From assembly GCA_004295245.1 (NCBI GenBank), contig REAR01000069.1:9587-73586 (forward strand): a DNA stretch of 64,000 nt, written 5' to 3'. Made by a program: the position numbers and the translations under genes. The stretch comes from Sphingobacteriales bacterium (GTDB lineage Bacteria > Bacteroidota > Bacteroidia > Chitinophagales > Chitinophagaceae). A model generated the notes under the pieces. That model had not been told where the DNA came from, did no database searches, and was given only the letters and a program-made list of their open reading frames with translations. Every line of letters starts with the position of its first letter. Position 1 is the first letter of the stretch. This document shows, in pieces, positions 48,391-59,800 of the stretch.

Positions 48391-49293
48391 ATGGCTAAAC
48401 GCCCATTAATAGAAAAACTCACGTTAACAGAAGATGCTTCTTTTTTGGCCAGAACCTATTGCACCCCCCAATTTGAAGTGCCGTGGCACCAACATTTAGA
48501 AACCGAAATAATTTTATTTAACGAAGGCGAGGGCACTGCTTTTATTGGTAATTATATAGGTCATTTTAAAAGCGGTGATGTGTTTGTAATGGGTGCCAAC
48601 CTGCCGCATATGTTTCAAAACTCAAGAGCCGAAATGAAAGTGAGTGCCACGGTAATACAGTTTACGGCCAATTTTTGGGGTACTCTTTTTTTAGAATTGC
48701 CAGAAGCAAAACCTATACAACAGTTATTGCAAACAGCTTTGCAGGGCCTGCGTTTAGAAGGAGATTGTTTATATCAATTGCAGCGGCTGTTGCCGCAGTT
48801 AGAAAATGCACAGGGTTTTCAGCGGATTATTTTGTTATGCCAATGCCTGCAGCAAATAGCCAGCACCCGTCAGTTTGTAAAAGTATCTACCCAAGAAGTA
48901 AAATCATTAAACAGTAAGCAAAGAGAGCGTATCGATAAAGTGTATCAATACACGTTCAGTAATTTTCAGGAACTGATTGCTTTAAACACCATTGCCGGCA
49001 TTGCAGATATGAGTGTGCCCGCCTTTTGTAATTACTTTAGAAAAAGCACCAAAAAAACCTATATCGATTTTTTAAATGAAGTACGTATTGGTTACGCCTG
49101 CCGCCAGTTAATGGAAACACAAAAAAACATAGAAGCCATTGGTTACGAAAGCGGGTTTAATACGCTGGCTAATTTTAATAAGCAGTTTTTAAAAATAAAG
49201 AAAATAAACCCCAGCCAGTTTAGGCGGCAATACAGCCGTGCGGTAACCGCAGCATTGGCCCCCACGCAGGATGCAGTACGCAGTTTTGAATAA
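48391..49293 (+). CDS. AraC-family transcriptional regulator (cupin N-terminus + HTH), divergent from xylBA
   Basis: The 300-aa protein has a C-terminal AraC HTH (IAGIADMSVPAFCNYFRKSTKKTYIDFLNEVRIGYACRQL...GFNTLANFNKQF). Confidence 0.85.
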   Translation: MAKRPLIEKLTLTEDASFLARTYCTPQFEVPWHQHLETEIILFNEGEGTAFIGNYIGHFKSGDVFVMGANLPHMFQNSRAEMKVSATVIQFTANFWGTLFLELPEAKPIQQLLQTALQGLRLEGDCLYQLQRLLPQLENAQGFQRIILLCQCLQQIASTRQFVKVSTQEVKSLNSKQRERIDKVYQYTFSNFQELIALNTIAGIADMSVPAFCNYFRKSTKKTYIDFLNEVRIGYACRQLMETQKNIEAIGYESGFNTLANFNKQFLKIKKINPSQFRRQYSRAVTAALAPTQDAVRSFE

Positions 49294-49300
49294 TTTTTTT

Positions 49301-49494
49301 TGTAGCCAGCTTTGGTGTTTCATAGCAGCAGTGGTTGCGTCGCACACTTGTGCACACTTGTGCAGTGGAATGTTTATGGTCCATGGTATATAGTTAATGA
49401 TATTGCCATGTACCATGCACTATTGCCTATTGGCATCTTGCCGTACAAGTGTGCGACGCAACGATGCCCAATAGTACTACTACTGCTGGCTACA
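49301..49494. repeat. Dispersed element, complete 194-bp copy with perfect 10-bp terminal inverted repeats
   Basis: TGTAGCCAGC at 49301-49310 pairs with GCTGGCTACA at 49485-49494. The cores are at 49334-49349 and 49447-49462. A 10-bp tandem duplication, CACACTTGTG x2, lies at 49342-49361. Confidence 0.9.
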
Positions 49495-49497
49495 TAA

Positions 49498-50601
49498 TTA
49501 TTGCAAGGCCTGCTCTAAATCAGCCAATATATCCTGCACGTTTTCTATACCAATACTCATGCGTATCAATCCATCGGTAAACTTTTTACCGGCTGTTAAG
49601 CCGTCTTTTAATTCCATACTCATCATGGGGCCGGGGTGGCGCATTTGTTTGGCGCTAACATAATAATCCGGGTGGTCGGGCAGGCCATTATAATTAACTT
49701 GGGCAACAGCGGGGTGGTCTTGCAGGTAATGGGCAATTTCCATAGCGTTATGGCAATGGCGTTCCATACGCAGTTCCAGTGTTTTCATACCCAATGTAAG
49801 CAGGTAAGCATCAAAGGCATTGCTGTTGCCACCCAGCAGGCGATACCACTTGGTCATTTTGGTATTCATAAACTCAAGGTCTTTACCCAACAGTACGCCG
49901 CCTATAGCAGTACCATGCCCATTTAAAAATTTTGTGGTGCTATGAAAAACATAATCCACACCGTAGCGAAACGGTTGTTGCAGGTAAGGTGTGGCAAACG
50001 TATTGTCTACCGAAACACCGGTATTGTATTTTTTGGCAAGGGTAGTAAGTTCTTCAATATCCACACACTGTATGGTGGGGTTGGCAGGCGTTTCTAAATG
50101 CATCCATTTGATGCCGGGGTTGTTTTTAAAAACAGCTTCAGCTTTATTTAAATCACGCAGGTCTTCTATAATTATTTCAATACCCATGGGCGGTAAAATT
50201 TTATGCAACAGCTCATGCGTGCCGCCATAGAGCGAGTAGTGAGAAAGTACTTTATCGCCTTGTTGCAGATTAGAAAGAAAGAGGGTGGTCATGGCTGCCT
50301 GGCCACTGCTGTGTAAAAAAGCTTTTAGTTGCAGCGGGCTGCCGTTGGCATGGGTAATACCCAAACTTTCAAATGCTGCAATTTTTGCTTCTGCCTCGGT
50401 AAAATTAGGGTTGCCCCAGCGGGTGTATATATAACCTTCTTCTTTATTGGCAAAACGGCGCATGCCCTGCTCTGCATTATCAAACGTAAAAGTAGAAGTG
50501 GCATAAATAGGCGTTAGGTGAGAAGATAGCGGATCGTTTTGATGCCCGCCATGAACACCAACAGAACTAAAACCGGTTAATGGAAAATTTTTTGCAGCCA
50601 T
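49498..50601 (-). CDS. Cys/Met-metabolism PLP-dependent enzyme (methionine gamma-lyase / O-acetylhomoserine sulfhydrylase-like), apparently with an in-frame C-terminal deletion
   Basis: The 367-aa protein has the PLP-lysine motif HSTTKFLNGHG. The C-terminus reads ...ELKDGLTAGKKFTDGLIRMSIGIE, so the conserved SLGG-ESL-HPA-MTH block normally found between these segments is missing. Confidence 0.75.
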   Translation of the reverse strand: MAAKNFPLTGFSSVGVHGGHQNDPLSSHLTPIYATSTFTFDNAEQGMRRFANKEEGYIYTRWGNPNFTEAEAKIAAFESLGITHANGSPLQLKAFLHSSGQAAMTTLFLSNLQQGDKVLSHYSLYGGTHELLHKILPPMGIEIIIEDLRDLNKAEAVFKNNPGIKWMHLETPANPTIQCVDIEELTTLAKKYNTGVSVDNTFATPYLQQPFRYGVDYVFHSTTKFLNGHGTAIGGVLLGKDLEFMNTKMTKWYRLLGGNSNAFDAYLLTLGMKTLELRMERHCHNAMEIAHYLQDHPAVAQVNYNGLPDHPDYYVSAKQMRHPGPMMSMELKDGLTAGKKFTDGLIRMSIGIENVQDILADLEQALQ

Positions 50602-50681
50602 AACTGAGATTGAATTTATTTTGTTGTTGTAATTACCACAACAAATATCTTTTTAATCTTCTAAACCCACAGTAAAAAATT

Positions 50682-51176
50682 ATGAAAGAACTGCTGCAAC
50701 AATATGCTGCTTACAATGTGTGGGCCAATCAAAAATTGCTGGAAGTAGTATTAAAGCTGCCGGAGGAAAGCTGGCACCAAAAAATTGCCAGCAGTTTTCC
50801 TTCTTTACACACTACTGTTTTGCATATGTGGGATGCAGAAAGCATGTGGTGGCAGCGTATGAAAATGCAGGAAGTGGTAACCCGCCCCAGTGATCAGTTT
50901 AAAGGCACTACCCGAGATGCTATTACTGCGTTGCAACACCAAAACAGGCTGTGGCAGGAGTGGGTGAACGGCACCAGCCCTGCCATGTTAGACCATGTGT
51001 TTCAGTATTACGATACCAAGCGCAATCATTATAAGCAGCCTATATACCAGATGCTGCACCATGTAATGAACCACGGCACTTATCACCGCGGCCAAATTGT
51101 TACCTTATTACGTCAGTTAGGAGAAACCAAAATACCTGCTACCGATTTTGTAGTGTGGGCCAGGCTAAAGAAATAA
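50682..51176 (+). CDS. DinB family protein
   Basis: The 164-aa protein has YNVWANQKLLEV and HVMNHGTYHRGQI (His triad pattern). Confidence 0.8.
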   Translation: MKELLQQYAAYNVWANQKLLEVVLKLPEESWHQKIASSFPSLHTTVLHMWDAESMWWQRMKMQEVVTRPSDQFKGTTRDAITALQHQNRLWQEWVNGTSPAMLDHVFQYYDTKRNHYKQPIYQMLHHVMNHGTYHRGQIVTLLRQLGETKIPATDFVVWARLKK

Positions 51177-51884
51177 TTATTTTCCATTAACTGATTTACC
51201 CAGCTTGCTGCTAATATCTTCCAACGATATTTTATTAGCGTCTATTTTAATAAAAAACTGGCTGTAGTTTTTGATGTCGTTATTTACAGAAACAATAAAG
51301 CTATCAATAATTGGTTCGTTCTTTAGTGAATCGTATTTTCCGGAAGTGCCGAGGAAAGAGATAATATTGGTTTGCACTTTATCGTATAAAATATATTGTT
51401 TGAAATTGTTTTCATAATTCTCTTGCTGGCTGAGGCTTACCGACATGATGCCAAAAAAAGTAGAAATGGCAAAAAGAATAAAGAAGAGGGTTTTGATTAA
51501 AGCATTGGTATCTTCCCACCCCTTTTGAATGATTACAAAAAGCAATACAGCCGCTAAAATAGTAGATACTGTAAGTAATACTGTAAAAGTGTAGTAGTTA
51601 GAATAATATACTTTCCCTAATTCTTTATGATGGCTTTTTAAGTTTTCGAGTGTGATGTATTGGGTTTTTATAGTGGCTACTTTTTGTAAGCCCAGGTTGG
51701 CAAAAGGCTTTTTGGTTACATAATCGCTACGGGTATTATTAAATGTTTGCAGGGGGTTGTATACCCGGTTGATAACGGCATACATTGTTTTAAGGGAAAT
51801 AAACCCCAGTATAATAAAAAGCAGCACCACCAAAATACCAGCAACCAGGGGTTGGCGTATGGTTGCATCAAACTTCTGCCACAT
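51177..51884 (-). CDS. Hypothetical membrane protein
   Basis: The protein has several hydrophobic segments and no family I can name. The start is placed at the ATG at 51884 (MWQKFDA) rather than the GTG at 51935. Confidence 0.5.
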   Translation of the reverse strand: MWQKFDATIRQPLVAGILVVLLFIILGFISLKTMYAVINRVYNPLQTFNNTRSDYVTKKPFANLGLQKVATIKTQYITLENLKSHHKELGKVYYSNYYTFTVLLTVSTILAAVLLFVIIQKGWEDTNALIKTLFFILFAISTFFGIMSVSLSQQENYENNFKQYILYDKVQTNIISFLGTSGKYDSLKNEPIIDSFIVSVNNDIKNYSQFFIKIDANKISLEDISSKLGKSVNGK

Positions 51885-51964
51885 AAGCTTTGTTTTACTA
51901 AAGGTAGTGAGGCAGTAACCATTAAAAAATACCACAAACAGGGAAGCGTGCTAAAACAAGTTGT

Positions 51965-52966
51965 TTAATACTCCCACTTCACTAAAGTAGCGCCCCAGGT
52001 AAAGCCTCCACCAAAAGCAGCCAGCACCAGGTAATCGCCTTTATTAATTTGTTTGCGGTACTCCCACAAACATAATGGAATGGTAGCCGCTGTGGTGTTG
52101 CCATAACGTTCTATATTCATCATTACTTTATCGTGCGATAAACCAATACGGTTGGCGGTTGCGTCTATAATACGTTTGTTGGCCTGGTGCGGTACCAGCC
52201 AGGCAATATCATCGCCGGTCATGTTGTTACGCTCTAATAATTCCGCACTCACATCGGCCATGCCTTTTACGGCAAATTTAAAAACGCTTTGTCCTTCCTG
52301 GTAAGCAAAATGTTCTTTATTGGTAACGGTTTCAATACTGGCAGGCTTTAAAGAACCGCCAGCTTTCATATGCAGGTAGGGGCGGCCACTGCCGTCTGCC
52401 CTTAATAAGCTGTCTAATACGCCAAAGCCATCATGGTTGGGTTCCAGCAGCACACCAGCCGCCGCATCGCCAAATAAAATACAAGTAGTTCTATCGGTAT
52501 AGTCTACAATGGCACTCATTTTATCGGCACCCACCACCATTACTTTTTTGTAACGGCCGCTTTCTATTAAAGAAGCACCGGTGGTTAAGGCAAATAAGAA
52601 ACCAGAGCAGGCAGCGCCAATATCAAAACTCCAGGCGTTTTTAACACCGGCTTTATCGCAGGCAATATTAGCGGTTGCCGGAAATACCATATCGGGGGTA
52701 ACTGTAGCTACAATAACGCAATCAATTTCATCGGTACTGATGCCTCTTTTTTCACACAATTGTTTAATTACCGGTGCTACCATATCAGAGGTAGCAAGTC
52801 CTTCGCCTTTTAAAATGCGGCGTTCGCTAACGCCGGTGCGGGTGCGTATCCATTCATCAGTGGTATCTACCATTTTTTCAAGGTCGGCGTTAGTTAATTT
52901 ATCTTCTGGCACGTATCCGCCTACGGCTGTTATGGCGGCAGTTATTTTTGCGGGCTGTTGGTTCAT
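51965..52966 (-). CDS. fabH: 3-oxoacyl-ACP synthase III
   Basis: The motifs are [16 protein letters not shown] and GNTTAATIP. The start is placed at the ATG at 52966 ([21 protein letters not shown]). The longer ORF-track extension runs into a repeat element. Confidence 0.9.
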   Translation of the reverse strand: MNQQPAKITAAITAVGGYVPEDKLTNADLEKMVDTTDEWIRTRTGVSERRILKGEGLATSDMVAPVIKQLCEKRGISTDEIDCVIVATVTPDMVFPATANIACDKAGVKNAWSFDIGAACSGFLFALTTGASLIESGRYKKVMVVGADKMSAIVDYTDRTTCILFGDAAAGVLLEPNHDGFGVLDSLLRADGSGRPYLHMKAGGSLKPASIETVTNKEHFAYQEGQSVFKFAVKGMADVSAELLERNNMTGDDIAWLVPHQANKRIIDATANRIGLSHDKVMMNIERYGNTTAATIPLCLWEYRKQINKGDYLVLAAFGGGFTWGATLVKWEY

Positions 52967-53046
52967 TGTACAGGTAATTGGTAAAAAATTTTGGTAAATG
53001 TAGGGCAATTTTTTGTACTGCTTTTTTATGCTTGTTAGCAAGGTTA

Positions 53047-53220
53047 TGTAACCGGCAGCAGTGCAGGTGGCGGCATTGTTGCGTCGCACACTTGTGCAGT
53101 TGGTAGTTTGTGGTCAATGGTTAATAAACAATAGTAAAAATTTATGAACTATGGTTTATTAACGCGTTACCGTACAAGTGTGCGACGCAACGATGTTGAA
53201 TAGCGTACCAAAGCTGGGTT
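53047..53220. repeat. Dispersed element, paired arms
   Basis: The terminal TGTAACCGGCAG is at 53047-53058. The cores are at 53078-53093 and 53176-53191, and the right end is AGCTGGGTT. Confidence 0.85.
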
Positions 53221-53254
53221 CATTATAACTTGTTTTACCTTATTTTCGCAACCT

Positions 53255-53839
53255 ATGATTGCATTTGTTAGAGGTTTATTTGTAAGAAAAAGTCCGGCCC
53301 AGGTTATTGTAGATGTAAACGGGGTGGGGTATGAGGTGCATATTAGCCTGAACACTTTTTCTGCTATTGAGGGCCAAACCGAAGGGTTGCTGCATACGTA
53401 CCTTCATATACGTGAGGATGCGCAGGTATTGTATGGTTTTGCTGAGCTGGCTGAGAAAGATATGTTTGTGCAATTGATAGGGGTAAATGGTATAGGTGCA
53501 GCAACGGCTAGGGTGATGCTGTCATCTATAAAACCTGCAGAAATTGCTACGGCCATTTTGCAGGGTAATGTAAAATTGCTGGAGAGCATTAAAGGTATTG
53601 GCAAAAAAACAGCAGAGCGCCTTGTTTTAGAGCTAAAAGATAAATTGCACAAGTTACCCGGCACTTTAAATAATGCATCGTTGGTAAGCAATAGTTTAGA
53701 GCAGGAAGCGTTAATTGCTTTAACTGCTTTGGGCATTGCCCGTTCGGCGGCAGAGCAGGCTGTAAAAAAAGTACTACAGTTAGGTGCTGCGCCGGAAAAA
53801 GTAGAAGATATTATTAAACAAGCATTGAAAATTATTTAG
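53255..53839 (+). CDS. ruvA: Holliday junction branch migration protein RuvA
   Basis: The 194-aa protein starts MIAFVRGLF...VDVNGVGYEV and has the HhH motifs LIGVNGIGAATA and IKGIGKKTAERL. Confidence 0.9.
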   Translation: MIAFVRGLFVRKSPAQVIVDVNGVGYEVHISLNTFSAIEGQTEGLLHTYLHIREDAQVLYGFAELAEKDMFVQLIGVNGIGAATARVMLSSIKPAEIATAILQGNVKLLESIKGIGKKTAERLVLELKDKLHKLPGTLNNASLVSNSLEQEALIALTALGIARSAAEQAVKKVLQLGAAPEKVEDIIKQALKII

Positions 53840-53882
53840 GCCTATTGATCCTATTGCTACTTAACTAATTTCCTCAAGAGAA

Positions 53883-56800
53883 TTGGCTTCTTTTTTTCAG
53901 TTTATAACCAGACCAGCGGTTAGCGCCCTTTTGGCATTTATTGCCACCAGTTTTATTGGTGGTAAAATATTTGCACAAACAGAACGCCCTGCCGGCGATT
54001 CTTTAAAATATCCTATTAAAGATCGCAGGGGCGATCAGTATACGGAACCGGGCCGCCGCTCTATGAATCTTAAAGACCCGGCCAACCTGAACCAAACGGT
54101 AGAATACGACCCCATTACCAAACGCTATTATATTGTTGAAAAAATTGGCAACAGCTATTACCGCAAGCCTACCTACCTCACTTTTGATGAATACCTGAAA
54201 TTAAAAGGCCGTGAACAGGAGAATGACTATTTTAAAAAGCGGGCTAATGTATTAAGCAGTTTGAATAAGAAATTGGTAAAGCCCAAAATGAGTGTTACCG
54301 ATAACTTGTTTAACCGCATTTTTGGTAATGGCAAAGTAGAAATAAGACCACAAGGAAATGTTGATATTATTGCTGGTTACCAGGGCCAGAAAGTGAAGAA
54401 CCCCACTTTGCCAGAAAGGGCCCGTAAGTTTGGCGGCTTTGATTTTGATATGAATGCCAACCTGAGTGTGGTGGGTAATGTGGGTGATAAACTGAAACTG
54501 CCCATTAACTTTAATACGCTGGCTACTTTTGATTTTGAGAACCAATTAAAATTAGATTATAGCGGTGGCAGCGATGAAATTATAAAGCGCTTAGAAGCTG
54601 GTAACGTTTCTTTCTCTACCAAAGGCAGTTTAATACAGGGTGCACAGGGTTTGTTTGGTATTAAAACCCAATTACAGTTTGGAAAACTGTTTGTGAGCAC
54701 CGTAATTGCTAATATGAATTCTACCCGGCAAAGCCTGGGTTTACAGGGTGGTGCCTCTAGTGCCATTTTTGAGTTTAAGGCCAATGATTATGAAGAAAAC
54801 CGCCACTTTTTATTAGCCCATCATTTCCGGCAGAACTATAATAAGGCTATGGCCAACCTGCCTGCCATTAATTCTTTAATACAAATACTGCAAATAGAAG
54901 TTTGGGTAACCAACCGTAATGGCTCTACCACAGAAACAAGAGATGTGGTGGGTTTAATGGATTTGGGAGAAAGAGATACTTATTTGCAACCGCCATTAAT
55001 AAATGCATTACCGGGCAATGCCACTAACCTGCCCTTTAATGAGGCTAATGATTTGTACAGTAAAATTATTAGCGACCCCAATGCACGGCGTTCATCTTTT
55101 GTAACATCAAGATTGGCTGCACTGGGTTTAACCAGCGTACAGGATTTTGAAAAAACATTTGCCCGTAAGCTGAATCCCAACGATTATATTTTTGACCCAC
55201 AAGTGGGCTATATTACTTTAAGCCAACCGCTGCAGCCCGATGAAATATTAGGAGTTGCATTTCGCTACAGCTACAATGGTAAAATTTATCAGATAGGTGA
55301 GTTTTCTCAGGATGTGGTGCCAGACGGTGATTCTACCAACGGTGTTGTAGGCAACCAAAAAGTATTGTTCTTAAAATTATTAAAAGCCACCTCTCAAAGA
55401 ACCAACCTGCCGATTTGGGATTTGATGATGAAGAATGTGTATGCATTAAAAACAAGAGATGGTAACTATTTAAGCAGCGTACAACCTACTGATTTTTCTT
55501 TAAATGTTTTATACGAAGAACCTAGTTTGGGCCCTAAAAACTTTTTGCCCGAGAGTGATGCGGCAGCAAAGGGGCAACCATTAATTCGTTTATTAAACTT
55601 AGACCGGTTAAATAATCGTAATGACCCGCAGCCCGATGGTATGTTTGATTATATAGAAGGCAAAACGATTTTATCGCAGCAGGCACGTATTATGTTTCCG
55701 TTATTAGAACCATTTGGTAGAGATTTAGAGCGTATTGCTTTCTTAAACAGTACGCAGGCACTGAAAGATAAATATGTGTACTATCCTTTGTATGATACTA
55801 TTAAAGAAATTGCAAAAACCTATGCTAATCTTGACCGCTATATAATAAGTGGTAGGGCAAAAGGGCAGTCTACTTCAGAAATTTCTTTGGGGGCTTTTAA
55901 TGTGCCGCCGGGTTCAGTAACTGTTACAGCAGGTGGACAGGTATTGAGAGAAGGAATGGATTATTCGGTTGACTATAATTTAGGTACTGTAAAAATTTTG
56001 AATCAGGCATTGGTGAATAGTGGCGTGCCGGTAAATGTACAGTATGAAAACAATGCAGGTTTTGGATTACAGCAGCGCAATTATCAGGGCATCCGCTTTG
56101 ATTATATGGCAAAGAATACCGCCAAGCAGTCTTTTAGTTTTGGTGGACAAATGGTACGGATGGGAGAGCGGCCTTTCTTTACTAAGATTAATACGCAAGA
56201 CGGTGACCCGATAAAAAATGCAATGTTTGGTTTAGATTTTAATTATCGTTCAGACTTTGCAAAATTGACAAGAGCCTTAGATAAATTGCCCGGCTACCAT
56301 AGCTCTGAGATGAGTAATGTGCAAGCCTTTGGAGAAGTGGCAATGATAAAACCGGGCCACCCCCCTCAAATAGGTAAAGGAACGGCAGGACTTATTTACA
56401 TTGATGATTTTGAGGGAACACGTGCCAATATTGATTTACGTTTTCCACTGGTAAGCTGGGGGCTGGCATCTACCCCGCAAAAAAACGGATTGTTTCCGGA
56501 AGGGATTTTGCCTGATTCTTTGGCGTATGGCCTGAACCGAGCAAAAATTGCCTGGTATAATATTGAACCGAACCTGCAAGATGCCAAAGGCAATAATAAT
56601 CCTGTATCTGGCTTAGGGTTAAACTATTTTGGAGATCCTTATATACGTGCCGTTAACCAGCAAGAAATTTATCCTACCAAAACACCTGATTTTGGACAGG
56701 CACAATTAGTTACGTTTGATTTAAGTTTTAATCCTGCAGAAAGAGGTCCTTATAATTTTGATGTTAACCCTACTGCATTTTCTGATGGGGTAGCTACAGA

Positions 56801-59800
56801 TGGTAAGTTATTGAACCCACGTAAAAGATGGGGCGGTATTATGCGGGGTATTGACCAGATAGATTTTGAAACGGGCAACGTTGAGTTTATTGAATTCTGG
56901 ATGTTGGACCCTTTTTTAAAAAAACCAGGAAGCAATGGCGGACAGTTTTATATAAACCTTGGTAATATTTCTGAAGACATTTTAAAAGATGGCAGACGCC
57001 AGTTTGAAAACGGCTTGCCCGGTGCAGATGGTAAAGCGCCTTTAGATGCCACTTCAAAATGGGGGCAGGTTCCTGCCAATCCTATACAAGTTACCACGGC
57101 GTTCAGTAATGACCCTGCCGACAGGCCTACACAAGATGTAGGTTTTGATGGATTAACCAATGATGCAGAAAAAGTAAAGTTTCAAAATTTCTTAAATCAA
57201 TTATCGGCAAAAGTAGGTACTTCATCACCTGCCTATCAGAAAGCGGAGCTTGACCCGTCTAGTGACGATTTTAAAAACTACCGCGATGGTAGTTACGATA
57301 AAATAAATGCTGATATAATTACACGGTACAGAGATATTAATAGTCCGCATGGTAATTCTCCTATTGCCAATACTGGTTCTACCATTACTACAGCTTTTAC
57401 ATTGTATCCAGACCAAGAAGATTTTAACCGCGATAATACATTGAATGAGTTAGAAGAATATTTTCAGTATAAAGTAGAATTAAAACCAGCTGAATTGCAG
57501 GTGGGCCGAAACTACATTACAGATATCAGAAGGTTTACACCTAAAGCCCCGGGAGCTATGGAAGAAAAATGGTATCTCTTCCGCATACCCATACAAGACT
57601 ATGAGCAAAAAGTAGGTAATATACCCGACTTCAAATCTATCCGCTTTATGCGTTTGTTTTTAAATGGCTTTGATGAAGAAGTGATTTGCCGCTTTGCAAA
57701 ATTTGAATTGGTAAGAAACCAATGGCGTCGGTTTGCCTTTAAAATAGATACAACGGGTAATTACGTTACTAATCCTGTTGGTAATGCTACAGAGTTTAAT
57801 GTATTGGGTGTAAATATTGAAGAAAACAGTAAGCGTTCTCCTATTCCATATGTAACACCTCCTGATATTCAGCGGCAGCAGTTTTTAAGCAACAATAATA
57901 TTAATATTCTGCAAAATGAGCAGAGTATCAGTTTGCAAATTTGTAATCTGCAAAAAGATGATGCCCGTGGTGTATTTAAAACGTTTAATCTTGATTTACG
58001 CCAGTATTCAAAACTCGCTATGTTTATACATGCAGAAGGAAGAGGTACCAGCGATTTATTAGAGCCGGGTACATTGGTGGCTGTAATACGTTTGGGTAAC
58101 GATTTTGTGAGCAACTACTACGAAATAAAAATTCCATTAAAAAAAACAGCCTGGGGCAGCAGCAAAGATGAAGATATATGGCCTAAGGAAAATGAATTGG
58201 ATTTAGATCTGCAACGCCTTATTCAGCTAAAAATAAAACGCAACGCCACCGGTCTTGTAAATAAGTATTATAAAGAAACTGATGCCGGTGGAACCAGCTA
58301 TGCCATCTTAGGAAATCCAAACCTGGGTGAAACAAGAGGTATTTTTATGGGGGTTCAGAATGTAAAAATGGAGAGTGCTTGTACTGAAATTTGGTTTAAT
58401 GAATTGCGCTTGTCCGGATTAGATGAAAGAAACGGATATGCTGCTTTAGGAAGAGTTGATTTTAAATTAGCCGATTTAGGAACACTTTCTTTATCGGGTA
58501 GTTTCCGGGGTATTGGTTTTGGTGGCTTAGATCAGCGGGTGAATGAACGCTCAAGAGATAACACATTACAGTTTGATGCGGCTACTAATTTAGAGCTGGG
58601 TAAATTCTTTCCACAAAAATCGGGTATCTCAATACCCATGTACGCCAGTTATTCAAGAACTACCATTACACCAGAGTATGATCCGTATGCGTTGGATGTA
58701 ACATTAAAAGAAAAATTAAAAAATTCTGCTAACAAAGATTCTATCCGTAACGATGCGGTTGATCAAACTACTATTAAAACGGTCAACTTCACGAATGTTA
58801 AAAAGAATAATACCAGCGGCAAAAAGCAAAAATTATGGAGTGTTGAAAATGTGGATGTGAGTTATTCTTACACTCATATGGAACGTACCAGCCCATTAAT
58901 AGAAAGCGATGAATTGATATCACATAGGGGCGGTATTGGTTATAATTACGCCACTGCACCCAAATATATAGAACCATTAAAACGCAGCATCAAATCAAAA
59001 TCGCCCTGGTTAAATATTATTAAAGACATCAACATAAACCTGCTACCTTCTGTGGTAACCTTCCGTGCAGACGCACGCAGACAGTTTGGTGCATTTCGTC
59101 CGCGTAATGTAGGCGGTCCTAAAGGTGTATTACCAGAAACCTATAATAAATATTTTACGTTCGACAGGTATTATGTGTATCGTTGGGATATTACCCGTTC
59201 GCTCAATTTTGATTTTACGGCCACCAACCTGGCTCGTGTGGATGAAGCTCCCGGACGCTTGGATCAGACAGGCAAAAAAGATATGTGGAGCTTGTTTTGG
59301 AGAGGCGGCCGAAATACTTCTTATCAGCAAAGTGCCACCTTCAGCTATACATTGCCAACTGCTAAATTGCCCTTGTTAGATTGGACGACGATGCGATTGG
59401 GTTATGTAGGCAAATACAATTGGATGGCTTCTTCATTAGATTCTTTTGCACGAAGCCTTGGTAATTTTATTGGTAATACACAAGAAAAAAATGCTACTGC
59501 AGAATTAGACTTTACAGCTCTTTATCGTAAAAGCCGTTTGTTAAGAGCTATTGATTGGGATGCACCACCTGCTGCAAGCCCTGCACCACAACCAACCATA
59601 CAGCCTAAAATAATTGCAGATACCAGTACTGTAAAAGGAAAAAAGAAAAAGAAGAAAGAAAAGAAAGTAAAAGACCCCAATCAATTACCCGAAGTAGGAA
59701 CTTTTGTAAAAGTATTTGGGCGGTTGGTTACTTCTGTTAAGCGGGCCAGTATAACATATGCTTCAACCGGTAATACTAATATTGCTGGTTACTTAGATAG

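Noticed and set aside
52967-53089. The fabH ORF has a 41-codon N-terminal extension in the track.
   Set aside because: The extension runs into the repeat element at 53047-53220. The canonical FabH N-terminus starts at the ATG at 52966.
59636-59672. A lysine run (KGKKKKKKEKKVK) in SprA, encoded by an A-rich tract, might be a slippage-prone switch.
   Set aside because: The tract is interrupted by G every few bases and the longest A run is about 5. It therefore looks like a low-complexity linker, not a homopolymeric contingency locus.
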